Origin: the human T2T-CHM13v2.0 reference genome, Homo sapiens
Assembly (NCBI RefSeq): GCF_009914755.1
Contig: NC_060930.1
Strand: one strand, 5' to 3'
Length of the DNA: 64,000 bases
The notes beneath the pieces are model-generated. The model was not told where the DNA came from and did no database searches. It saw only the letters and a list, made by a program, of their open reading frames with translations. Shown here piece after piece: positions 52,002-64,000 of the stretch (position 1 is its first letter; every line of letters starts with the position of its first letter). Position numbers and translations under genes: made by a program.

Positions 52002-52834
52002 ATCTGTGTTGCTAATTGTTGATTTTTCAGCTTTAGACAGTGTCTAATAACGACCTGCCCCAAATCATTTGGTCTAATTTGTTTTTGAATTATACGTTGT
52101 TTTTACAGGTTTTCTTTCCCCTCTGAAGTTTCTGATTGCTTTTTTTTTTTTTGTAAGAAACAAAACAGGCCTTGCTTAAGTGTATCCTAAATACATTTCC
52201 AATTCATGTGCATTCTATTGCTTGATATTCATTCTGTTTTAATTCTTGAAATCCACTGCTTTACTATTTGAATTATCCAGTCCGTTTATATTTGACCATC
52301 ACTATCTGTAGCTTTTTGTTTTTAATGCAATGTTCTTCTTCCCTGGAGATTTCTCTTAGTACTCTTGTCATTTTACTCCGATGTCAACTGTTTGTTCTCA
52401 AGCCCTATTATACATCTATCTCTCCCTTCTTCTGATTTGATTCATGCTTTCTTAAATTCCATCTATTATCTCTTTGATATTCTACAAACAACTTCCTGAA
52501 AAGCATGTTTGTGAGAGAAACTTTCTGAGTTTTATCTGTCTCATGACAGAGAATGACTTTATTCTACCTTTACACTTGAGTACTAGTTTGGCCAGGTGCA
52601 GAATTCAGGGTTGAAAATCATTTTTTTCTTAGAACACTGAAGTAATTGTTCACAATCTAAGAAGCAGTGTTACTGATGGCCAGTCTGATATCAATCTGTA
52701 AATAACTTTCAAAGAACTGCTTGAGATATTCATTTTATTATTGTTTTGGCATTTCAAAATGGCGTGTCTAAATGTGAACCTATTTAAAAATTGTGTAGTC
52801 TTTTTTTTATTATTTAAACACTTATAGAAGACTT

Positions 52835-53421
52835 TGTTGTGGCTCAGAAAATCATATTCAATGTATGGCAATTTTGAATGAAAAGAGTAGCCTCAAGGTC
52901 TCTCTGACCTTCCTTCATCCTCTGTCTCTAGATCCTCTCTTTCCCAAAGCACCAGGAGTCCCTTTCTCTGAAGTTCACTTGTCTAACTGAGGTAAGTTCT
53001 TCCAAAAGAAATGCAATTGTCTTGAAACCCCTCCGCAGGAATCTCATCAAGCAGCCAGGGAAGATTAATCACTGGAGAGGAGATTAAATGTCATCCGCAT
53101 ACCCAGACAGCCTATCACTTATTCTTCTGGAGGCTGCTCTGAGAAGCTTTATCTGCATAATACGACAACCTTTGTTCATCTTGTGGTTCTTCCTTTTTTC
53201 TCTCCCTTAACTTTTCTCCACCTCCCCTGAAAGCCCTCAAGCCCCTATTCCTTTATGGTATAAAAACTCAACCATCTGGCTCCTCCTTTGAGTTTTATAT
53301 TTTCTGTGAGTCTCATGAGCTTAAATAATGAGTATGCCTTGTCTCCTGTTTATCTATTGTCAGTTTATTTCAGCAGACTCAGTTGTCAAACCTTCAGAGG
53401 GAAAGTTTGAACCTCCCTACA
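52835..53421 (+). mobile_element. ERV1 solo LTR (MER39/MER34 group)
   Basis: TGTTGTGGCTCAGAAAA start, gcctcaaggtctctctgaccttcc, TATAAAA near 53259, ends CCCTACA; 4-bp TSD-like ACTT/CCTT. Confidence 0.75.
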
Positions 53422-53987
53422 CCTTCAATTCTGGAATTTGCATGCATCATTTTGATGATTCTTGATGCTTTTCAACATTTGCCTTTGCTATGCTATCCCC
53501 AGGTAATTTCATTTAACAGTTATTTTATATTATAGTTTTTAATTTATTTATGAAAAATCTCCTTGTTTTCCCCAGAGAAATAAACTCCTGGCTGATTCTA
53601 AAAGTGGTAGAGGGTTATTGCTGTTTTCCAGCCCACTTTACACACTGACCTTTGGTCATATGTTTCTTACCCAAGTCTCCAGAGCATGCAAAATTCTCCC
53701 TAGCAGTCCAGCATTTTTTTGTCTCTTTCTCCTCCATACATATTATAGACTGGCAATTGCTTCATTCTGCTTATTAATCAATATCCATCTCTTTGTCTTC
53801 CTCTTCAGGCAATTGGTTGAAATCTCTTTGTTGCTAATGTTTTATTACTAATAGTTGTAGGACTATATTTGTTGTATGCTCAGTTTGCCTTTTTGAACCA
53901 AAAGTGTAACAATAACTATTAGATTGCATTAAGTATGTTTTACTTTGGTGTAATTTCCTTTTTAACAATGAGAGCTGAGCAGATGAC

Positions 53988-54019
53988 TTTTTTTTTTTTT
54001 TGAGACAGAGTGAGACTCT
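53988..54019 (-). mobile_element. Alu 3'-terminal stub (T14 + ~18 nt)
   Basis: TTTT..TGAGACAGAGT. Confidence 0.7.
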
Positions 54020-54020
54020 A

Positions 54021-54106
54021 TGGGGAAGGCAACCCCATAGGTTTCAGCCTCATTTTACCCAGCTCCTGTTCAAGATGGATTTGCTCTGGTTTAAAGGCCT
54101 TTTACA
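54021..54106 (-). mobile_element. MER41 LTR 5' fragment
   Basis: Reverse complement reads TGTAAAAGGCCTTTAAACCAGAGCAAATCCATCTTGAACAGGAGCTGGGTAAAATGAGGCTGAAACCT, matching the MER41 start. Confidence 0.8.
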
Positions 54107-54399
54107 TTGATACATTGATACTTATCAAAAGTTCAATTAAGAAAAATGATATTTATGGAGAATTGCTTACAAGATAAGAGGTTCATGCATTCTGCCAGAC
54201 CCTAATGTATCCTAGGCAGACTCTCATCCCTATACTGTGTCAGTTTAATGTTGGCAGTGTGTTTTAATTTATTTTTTTACTACTGTAATGTATTTTATTA
54301 ATGTTATTAAACTACATTGACTGATTTTATAAGAAACACACTCATGACACTTATTTATTTATTAGGAAGATTTAGTTGAAAGTATTGCTTTAAATAGGT

Positions 54400-55250
54400 G
54401 CACAAGAAAAACAATCTACCCCTTGTCTCAATCCTGAAACTAGTGATACTTTCCTTGTGCATTAGGTTGATCTAATGGCAATAGCAAAAATCTCAGTCAA
54501 CTTCCTGAATTTAAATGAGAAGACTTTTTAGCAGTCTGCTTACTGTGTTATAGCTATTAGTATTCAGTAAATGGTCTTTACTATATTTAAGTAGTTTCCT
54601 TCAATTATTAAGAATAGCTAATAATATTTTATTACATATCTTTGAAGCTGTATGCTAATATCTCTTTAAAATTTTTGGATGCATTGAATTAGATTAATAA
54701 GTGTTCTGATATTAATTTAACTTTCCATTACTAGACTATACCTTATTTGTTTGTAATATGTTATTCTTTTTTTTGATTGCTATATTCAACTTTTACTATT
54801 TTTAATTACTTTTTTGCATCCTTATTAAAAATGCAATTAATTTATAGCTTTTTACTTGTAATATTTTTAAAATTATGCGGCCTTAAGAAAATAAATTGGG
54901 GAAACTTTTTTCTGTGGTATAGAATAATTCAAATAGGATTGGAACTACAAATGTTCTTAGAACTAATCTATGAAACCATCTAGTCCTGATACTTTCATGA
55001 ATGGTAGCTATCTAATTATCTTTCCAATCTTTTCTACAATAATTGATCTTTTCAAATTTTCCACTTCTTGAATGATTTTGGTGATATAAATTTCATCAGA
55101 GCATATATTTTCTAGAGCATTTGTTTCATGTTATTGTCATAGTTTTATTTCAAATTCTATTGCTCTTTTTAGAATTTCTTTGATATTACTGGGTTGGTCT
55201 TTTTTCTGCATACCCTTTTTTGCTCATTTCATGTATTAATATCTCGTAAG
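54400..55250 (-). mobile_element. Old L1M fragment
   Basis: ccttgtctc..cctga..; ctatgaaaccatctagtcctgatactttc (antisense SGLDGF, equivalent to PGPDGF). Confidence 0.6.
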
Positions 55251-55440
55251 AGAAAAGTGACGACAGATAATATCAAAACACCTCATTTCTGCTTTTTTCT
55301 ATTTTCTCTCATTCCAAGATAATGGGAAGAGGCAAGTAGGCACCATTTCCAGGATATTTGCTAATTTTTATGGCAATGAGTGTAGCAAACTGATAATGTG
55401 AATCAATGAATTGTTTTTAGTTTAGAGTTTCTTAGTATAA

Positions 55441-55840
55441 TGTCTTAGTCTTTTTTGTGTTGCTATAGCACACTACCTGAGATTGGATGATTTGCTTATT
55501 TATTTATTTTAAAAAATGTTTATTTTAGCTCAACGTACTAGAGGCTGGGAAGTCCATGATAGGGTGGCTGTGTCTGGTTAGCTACTGGTGAGAACCCAGT
55601 TCTGTGTCATAAATGGCGGAGAAGTAGAAGGGGAACTGGGAGCATGTGAGAGGAGCAAAATAGGAGGGGCAGCCTCACTTTATAACAATCTGCTCTAGTA
55701 GTAACTCATCCAGTACCCAGCGAGTGAGAACTTACTTATTCCCTTGAGAATTAACCCAGTTCCGTAAGAGCAGCATTGATCCCTCTCAATGACCTAATCA
55801 CCTTGGATAGACCCAACCTACCAATATCCATTCATAGCAC
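55441..55840 (-). mobile_element. MST-family (MSTB/C-like) MaLR solo LTR
   Basis: tgtcttagtc..tgtgttgctatagcacactacctgaga..aggctgggaagtccatgat..ctcactttataacaa..atgacctaatcacct. Confidence 0.8.
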
Positions 55841-58581
55841 ACAGTCTGTTTGTCAAATAATAATTATAAACAATTATTTTTAAAGGTTTTGACTGCAAAA
55901 GGGTTTCAGCTTCATGTTAATTCTGAAATTGATTAAAGACTTTCATTGACCACACCAGCAAAACTGACACTGCATAAAGAAAGTCTTTGGTAGCTGTAAT
56001 TACTACAAAACCCCTTTTGTATAATATTCTTTATAGTATTTATTTCCAAATAAATCTTTCCTTGCAAGTATATAAGCAATACTCTGAAGCTGACCCTTCA
56101 GAGGTTTTATGAATTGTTTTATTTGCCAGATGCTTTGTGATTGCCCAGCTGACTCTTTAAGGAAATAGTTGTCATTTTCCTGGTCATCTCTGTGTTGTAT
56201 TTGTAGATGTCTTGTCAGTGGTTTTTGGAAATGTTGACTCATCTGGGAACTCCATGCCCAGTAAGATGTTATCTACACCCCACAGCTAAACTTCTGTTTG
56301 ACTAGACCTGTCATTTTCTGAAACACAGCGGAATCCATTTTTTTCTTCATATTTTTTTCTTTTAAAGATACCAGTTATGTTTATGGAATTTTGTAAAAGA
56401 AATGTTTGGCTGCAAGTATTAAGCTCATTTTATCTACAATTCATTTTTATGGGAGTGTCATGCACTTAAAATTTAATATGTGTGTACACAAAGATTTCCC
56501 TTGGAAGTGAAGCGACTACCATATTATAGTACAGTAAAATTGGAATTATGAGATGTCTTATTTTAATTCTCTTCTTGTTTTGAAAGGTTAGTGTTTGATG
56601 GGGAGTTTCTGTGCTTACATTTACACTTAAAGTTACATTTTCAGAGTAGTTTGTACCTAAGAATTTATCATGGAGCAAAACTATAATTTGGCATAGTTTT
56701 CATTCTATCTTCTAAAACCTTTGTGTCGTTTTCCTTCTCCTTGTTCTTTTCTTCTTCTTACTATTATCATTCTATTTTTCTTCTTTTAATGCAATAAATT
56801 TAGTCAAAGGCATGAGAAGCTCTGTGAACACGTTGAGAGGTTTGTAGCATAGTGTTGTTTAGCTGACAATTTAGTAAAACTAAGACAAACAGCCCCATAG
56901 CTGCAGGTTAGTCTAGAATAATGGCTTGAACCTGCTTTTTATTATTGCTTATTTATATCATATAGAATAAATGCTGACACTGGCTGCTGTGAGGAGAAGA
57001 AACTCACCGATTAGGAAGGAGATTAAAAAACATAAGCCAGTTTGCAAAATCCTAATTTTATTTAAGGAGAAATTAGTATCATTTGTAATCTCTGCTATGC
57101 CCTACTACTATTGATGCATTAGGGTTGAAAGTGAATGGATTTCAATAAGCCAGACAGAACATTTCTTTCAGATATCGGATATCAAAACAATTCTCAGGGC
57201 ACAATATAATTGTTTTCTGAACTAAAACATCTATAATGCTCCTGGAAATGTTTTCAAAAATTGTATTTCTTTTAACCAACTCAACTTCCCAATCTGAACT
57301 CCCCTTTACTCTTCTCCATAAAATACTAAAAATAAATGAGACTTCAGGGAACATATGCCAATTTGTCAATCTGGTGATACCTTTTTTCTTGTAACCATTG
57401 CTACATCCTTCATTATAGTAAAAAAGACTATCTCAATGAATAACATCACTGTTTATGTATAAAGAACAGCATAATTCTATTTTTAAAATTATAAATTTAA
57501 AAAATTGTAACTCTTCTCTTTTCTTTAAATAATGTATAATTCCTCCACAATTGCATTCTCTTTCACATTCACCACCTTGGATGCAAATTTCTTCATGGTT
57601 AAGCCTCTACTCAGCTTTCACTTCTCCTTGTATATTAGAGTATAATGAACACAGTTTTTCTATGCTAGTTTGCTTTGAGTTATAATAGGATATGTACAGA
57701 ATAAAAGTATAAAATTGAGGTTTATAAAGCAAGAAATGATGGCCTAAATGGAGTTGCTAGAGGAAAAAATTCTCAGTTATGTTTTATTTCAAAACATCTT
57801 TGATGACCTTATTCGATAGTTATGGAAATTATTTTACATAACTGCTTCTAATATTTTCCCCATCTTATCATTTTATGTAGCTAGGTATATGCAAATAAAT
57901 GTCCAAGCAGAAATCATTATAATTTCATTTACAAGAATGTTTATGAGTTCAGATATTCTTTTGAAACATGCAATAATTTCATAAAATGAGGTATGTAAAA
58001 CTTATATACTTAAAGATTGCATTGAAAACCAGATTATAGATGTTGGAGAATGGTGTACAAAACATTCTTGAAAGATAAAAGAACATAGACTCCATACAAG
58101 GAACCACATCAAAATTCCTATTATTTCCATGTTTTCAAGTGTGATCTGTGGATAAGTTATGGGGCAGTGAAGTAGTTTTAAATTAATTTCAAATTTTCCC
58201 AGAGATATTAGGAGCAATTAAAATCAAGGAAATAGGAATTGTTTAGGATAAAAGCATTCAATTAAGACCCAGAACCTTTACTGGGCTTCTTGATGTGCCT
58301 GCTTCTTTAGTGTTGTACATCACACACGGACACACATAAAAAAAGTAGTGCCTATTTAGGCACAAAGTCCTTCAGCATGTGTTTTGGACTAGATCAGTCA
58401 AACCAGCACTAAGACACTGAAGCAGCTTCCTTCTCTCAGATGCCTGTACAGTCTGCAGAACCATGAGCATTTTCTCTCTCATAAATGATACACAGCTTTC
58501 ACTATACAACGATTAAAACCAGATAATAAGAATTACCATGATGACTAGTATGTCATAAAATTATGAAAACTGTTATACATA

Positions 58582-58957
58582 CTGTTGATCCTTGAACAAC
58601 ATAGGGGTTAGGGATGCTGACCCACACACAGTCAAAAATCTGCATATAAGTTTTGACTCCCCCAAATCTTAACTACTAATAGTCTATTATTTATTGGAAG
58701 CCTTACTGATAACATAAACAATGGATTAATTAAAACATTTCATTTCTGATATGTGTTATATACTGTATTCTTACAACAAATCAAGCTAGAGAAAAGAAAA
58801 TATTAAGAAAATAATAAGAACAGAAAACATATTTACTATTATGTAAAAGTGGATCATTATAAAGATCTTTATGTTCATCATCTTCATGTTGAGTAGGCTG
58901 AAGAAAAGAAGGGTTGGTCTTGGTGTCTCAGGAGTGGCAGAGGCAGAAAAGGTGGAA
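58582..58957 (-). mobile_element. Tigger2-family DNA transposon end
   Basis: TA + CTGTTGATCCTTGAACAAC TIR; same end as the 47125 copy, extending to tcttcatgttgagtaggctga..gtggcagaggcagaa. Confidence 0.88.
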
Positions 58958-58959
58958 AC

Positions 58960-59172
58960 TGGCCCCCCTGCCCCGTGTGGCTCTCAGGTGGGCTGCAGCA
59001 CCATACTGCTCTTCCTTCCTCTCCCTGGATCATACCACCCTTCTAGTCAGTTCTGATGGAGAACCTGGTTACCTTGGTTGCTGGTGAAGGATTCACATGC
59101 TTATTATTGTTCTTTTCCTTGAGAGCCTCAGAACTGAGCTGTTTCCGAGTCGGCCATCTTGGCCCCGCCCCC
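58960..59172 (-). mobile_element. Extreme 5' end of an older primate L1 (L1PA13-16/L1PB-like)
   Basis: Reverse complement starts GGGGGCGGGGCCAAGATGGCCGA (YY1 site of the L1 promoter) and continues caaggtaaccagg..gcccacctgagagccacacggggcagggg. Confidence 0.75.
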
Positions 59173-61557
59173 TGTCAGTAATTTTTAAAGCCATGGCTTT
59201 CTCCGTGTTTTTATGTGGAACAAAATCGGGCATTTGGCAAGAAACCACCAGTTGTTCATAATTTAAATCATTTCTTCTCTAAAACCCTCAAAATTTCATA
59301 AGAAGTTGAGGTCCCAGAATCTGAGGCTAAAAACCTGACTCTATCAATGAAATGTGTTAATGCATCTGCTTTTATACAAGTCAGATAAACTCTTTACTTT
59401 GGTTTCTTCTTCACATCAGTTATCAGTTGTGAGTATGGAATGAAAGGTTAATATAAAATATTGAGCATGTGTCTTGCATAAGTAGACTCTCAAATGTTAT
59501 CTATTATGTTAATAACTTTCACTTCTTTGTCTATTTCAACATGATCCTTGGCCATGTTTTACTGAAACTCAATAGCAATAACACCTCATCTAGGAGTCAA
59601 AATATTTCTGAACTAAGAGATAAAAAAAATTACTGAAATATTTTTCTGAATAGGGTTTCAATACTCTTTTAGCAGAACTTTTTTTTAATGTTTTTTATGT
59701 ATTGCCTTCTCACAAATCTCTATAACCATGTTTTGTGTAGCAATATACCTGTTTTCTTCTTTATCTCTTTCTATTTTTAATGTTTCCATTATGATTTTCA
59801 ACTTTCATGGTTCAGCAGAAAAAAGTCCACTACTTTTTCAAACCTTACTTGTTGTCATGATTCGAATTACTAGGAATGAAACATTTTCAATCTGACACTG
59901 AAAATCAAGATAAATATCATGTGTGGTGAGAAACTGCTGCGCTAAAGATGTTCCAAAATGTCCATTGTTCACTATTTCCATAATTTACCTGTCAACAGCT
60001 CTATTTATTTGGGATTATTTTTGTGGGTTATTGTCTACACTCAGGCATAGATGATAATGCCACACACATTCATCTGGGATAAACAGAACTATAAATAATA
60101 TATAATTTTAAATATAGAATGATAAAGATCCCAGAAAAGCAGTTTCTTGCCTTCTGTGAACTCAGCAGATAATGCATGAATTGGTAATGCTTGGAAGGAG
60201 AGAAGACCCCCCGTGTCTATTATCAGTGGGGATGCTATCATTAAACCACTTTAGAACAGCACAGCAAATGGTTTCATGTAAGGGCTGCTACAGGACTTGA
60301 GTGAAGCCCTCAGAGAACAGTGTGATTTTAGCCTGCCTAGGGCTAATGATGTATCAAGGATCTCTCCACAGTAACCATGTGTGGCAGCTTGTGGATAGGC
60401 TTTGTCCTTAGTAAAGAAATAATCTTACATTTAATGACTAAGCATTTTAATCCACTTAAATGTTTTTAGATCAAATTGATTCTTGAGGCATGGGAATTCA
60501 CTGCCCTGGCAGGCAGAAAGAGACACTGATGCTCTGTTACATCTGGAAAATGCCTGTAGGGAGTCTACTGCTACTCAGAGAATCCAAGGCTTCTTTCTGA
60601 AGGACAAGAAGAGAAAGAAGCAGCAGCCACAGCAGCAGAAACAGCAGCAGTGTAAGAGATATCAGAATATCAGTGCTTAGAAGACACATATGAGGAAACT
60701 GCAGAAACAAAATTGTAATAAACATAATTTCTAAAATTCACTTTGGAAATCACTTAGATTTATACGAATTGCCTATCACTTCTAATTTGGAGACTGAAAC
60801 TGATAGAAACTCAGGACTTTTAGAATGTTACTGGACTCTAGAGTTTGTTTTTCCACTGAGATATATTTTTCCTACATTTTCTCCAAATCGGATCATTGCT
60901 CTAAATAGAAAAATGATTTTTTTTAAAGAGTGGTATTACCAAATGTAGCCTTTCCTTGACGATTCATGATGTAAATTGTTGTTATTGCAATAAGGAAGAT
61001 AAAAACATTTATTTGACATGATAAAAAAATGTTGTTTCTATGTCTTAAAAATAACATCGTCATAGATATTAGTATGCATATATGCAAAATTCCATGATTT
61101 TTCTTCAAATTTTTCCCCTGAAGTATACATTACCCCTTCTTTTCTAGTTCTACTTCTGTTTTCTATTATCCTATATTTTTCTATTCTGAATAAGTACAAA
61201 AGTTAATTAGACTGAATTTAATTGTTCACTGAATGTTGCCTACGAAAATGTATGGAAATGTTCAATTTAAAAGTGTAACTTAACAATGAAGATTACAACA
61301 ATGAAGTGTTGTACTTTGTCGAATAATCTATTTCACATTTCTTTCCCAGTATGTGCGATGTTTCACATTATTTCACATGGTAGAGAGGATTCAAAACTTG
61401 TTCTGTTGTTACTGTGTGTATGACTGGCATATCTCAAATCAGCTTTCCAGAGGCAGAGTTGGGTGACCCAGCATCACCTGGAAATGTCACCAACAAATGT
61501 TGGCAGGATGGTTGAGAGAGAGAATATTTAAAATTCTTTCCAACCCCCAATTCCTCT

Positions 61558-63781
61558 TTACATGGTTGATCTGTGTCCCCACCCAAATCTCATCTTGAAT
61601 TGTAATAATCCCCATGTGTCAAGTGGGGGGGCCAGGTGGAGATAATTGAATCATGGAGGTCATTTCCCCTATACTGTCCTCATAGTAGTGAATAAGTCTC
61701 AAAGATTTCATGGTTTTAAAAATGGGAGTATTCCTGCACAAGCTGTCTCTTTGCCTGCTGCCACCCATGTAACACATGACTTGCTCCTCATTGTCTTCTG
61801 TCATGATTGTGAGACCTCCCCAGCCATGTGGAACTGTGAGTCAATTAAACCTCTTCCCAGTATTAATTACCCAGTCTCAGGTGTGTCTTTACTAGCAGCC
61901 TGACAATAGACTAATATAGTAAATTGGTACCAGTAAAGTGGGATGCTGCTGTAGAGATACCAGAAAATGTGGAAGTGACTTTGGAACAGGGTAACGGGCA
62001 GAGTTTGGAACAGTTCAGAAGTCTCAGAAGAAGATAAGAAAATGTGGGAATGTTTGGAACTTCCTTGAGACTTGTTGAATGGCTTTGATCAAAGTACTGA
62101 CAGTTTTATGGACCATAAGGTCCAGGCCGAGGTGGTCTCAGATGGAGAGGAGGAGCTTGTTGGGAACTGGAGCAAAGGTAACTCTTGTTATGCTTTAGCA
62201 AAGACACCACTGGCATTTTGCCCCTGCCCTAGAGATCTGTGAAACTTTTAAATTGAAAGAGATGATTTAGGGTATCTGGCAGAAGAAATTTCTAGGTGTC
62301 AAAGTGTTCAAGAGAAAGAAGAGCATAAAAATTTGAAAAATTTGCAGCCTGATATTGCAGTGGGAAAGAAAAACCCATTTTCTGGGTATAAATTCAAGCC
62401 TGCTGCAGAAATTTGCATAAGTAACAAGGAGCCAAATGCTAATCACCAAGACAAAGCAGAAAATGTCTCCAGGGCATGTCAGAGAACTTTGCAGCAGCCC
62501 CTCCCATCACAGGGTCAGAGGCCTCAGAGGCAAAAATGGTTTCCTGGCCCAGTCCAGGGCCCCTCTCCTGTGTGCCACCTAGGGACTTGCTGCCCTACAT
62601 CCTAGTCACTCTAGCTGTGGCTAAAAGGGGCCAAGGTACAGCTCGGGCCATGGCTTCAGAGGGTGCAAGCCCCAAGCCTTGGCAGCTTCCATGGGGTGTT
62701 GAGCCTACGGGTGCACAGAAGTAAAGAATTGAGGTTCAGGAACTGCTGCCTAGATTTCAGAGGATGTATGGAAATGCCTGGATGTCCAGGTAGAGGTGTC
62801 CTGCAGGCGCAGAACCCTCGTGGGGAACCTCTGCTAGGGCAGTGCAGAAGGGAAATGTGTGGTGGAAGCCCCTACATTGTCCCCACTGGGGCACTGCCTA
62901 GTGGAGCTGTGAGAAGAAGGCCACCATCCTCCAGACCCCACAATGGTAGACCCACTGACAGCTTGCACTGTGTACCTGGAAAAGCTGCAGACACTCAACA
63001 CCAGCCCCTGAAAGCGGCTAGGAGGGCTGCTGTACCCTGCAAAGCCACAGGGTCAGAGCTGCCCAAGAATGAGAACCCACCTATTGTATCAGTATGACCT
63101 GGATGTGAGATATGGAGTCAAAGGAAATCATTTTGGAGCTTTCAGATTTGACTGCCTCATTGGATTTCAGACTTGCATGGGGCCTGTAGCCCCTTCATTT
63201 TGGCCAATTTCTTTCATTTGGAATGGGCATATTTACCCAATGCCCATAAGCCCATTTTACCTAACTTGCTTTTGATTTTACAGGCTCATAGGCAGAAGGG
63301 ACTTGCATTGCCTCAGATGAGACTTTGGACTGTGGACTTTTGAGTTAATGCTGAAATGAGTTAACACTTTGGGGCAATGTTGGTTTTGAAATATGAGAAC
63401 CTGAGTTTTGGGAGGGGCTGGGGTGGAATGATATGGTTTAGCTGTGTCCCGACCCAAATCTCACCTTGAATTGTAATAATCCCCCATGTCAAGGGTGGGG
63501 CCAGGCAGAGATAACTGAATCATGGGGGCCACTTCCCCCATACTGTTCTGGTGGTAGTGAATAAGTCTCACAAGATCTGACGTTTTTATAATGGGAGTTC
63601 CCCTGCACAAGCTCTCTTGCCTGCTGTCATGTAAGAGGTGACTTTGCTCCTCCTTCACCTTCTGACTTGATTATGAGGCCTCCCGGCCATGTGAAACTGT
63701 GAGTCAGTTAAACCTCTTTCCTTTATAAATTACTCACTCACAGGTATGTCTTTATTAGCTGTGTGAGAACAGACTAATAGA
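61558..63781 (+). mobile_element. THE1B MaLR provirus: 5' LTR ~61558-61918, internal 61919-63428, 3' LTR 63429-63781
   Basis: Two LTRs with ccaaatctca..aattgtaataatcccc..cctgcacaagct..gactaata; GTAAATTGGTACCAG after the 5' LTR; internal ORF remnants; GGGGTGGAA purine tract before TGATATGG. Confidence 0.93.
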
Positions 63782-64000
63782 GTAATCTGATTCTTAGATT
63801 TCTAGGTATCAAATGGTTTTTACAAGTATTGAAAGTTTTCCTCCATGACACAGACTATCCATTTTAAGTATTACAATAAAGACTTTCTTGTTAATCATTC
63901 CTCAGTTATAATATTGTTTTTATAATTTTTGAGTATGCTAATATGTCAAAATGGGTAATGTTTTTTAAATTTTTTTATCTGGAGGATGGTCATTTTATTT

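Noticed and set aside
60483-60680. ORF with a QQPQQQKQQQ stretch
   Set aside because: Short degenerate CAG run, non-ATG start, no splice or homology support

Overview
Primate (very probably human) AT-rich intronic DNA. The only protein-coding sequence I can support is a 138-nt internal exon at 44455-44592 (+). It translates to [46 protein letters not shown], which I recognise as exon 2 of NKAIN2 (TCBA1, 6q22). The window is therefore the end of intron 1, exon 2 and the start of intron 2, transcribed on +. The rest is a transposon fossil record: an internally deleted L1PA7-like element, a short L1PA2-type insertion, old L1M/L2/MIR fragments, about ten Alus, two nearly complete THE1 (MaLR) proviruses, solo MLT1/MST/MER39/MER41 LTRs, two Tigger2 ends and microsatellites. 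Almost all ORFs in the track are repeat-derived or chance. I see no evidence of a new multi-gene system. The most notable oddities are: a 158-bp foreign insert inside L1 ORF2; a perfect 27-bp inverted repeat around an (AT)20 tract; a candidate short alternative first exon (MPDM) in frame with exon 2; symmetric inverted Alus around exon 2; a trimeric Alu; a probable fossil RTE-type reverse-transcriptase fragment; and THE1B LTRs with intact DUX4 motifs and a splice donor. Subfamily names come from remembered consensus sequences, and boundaries of old repeats are approximate.
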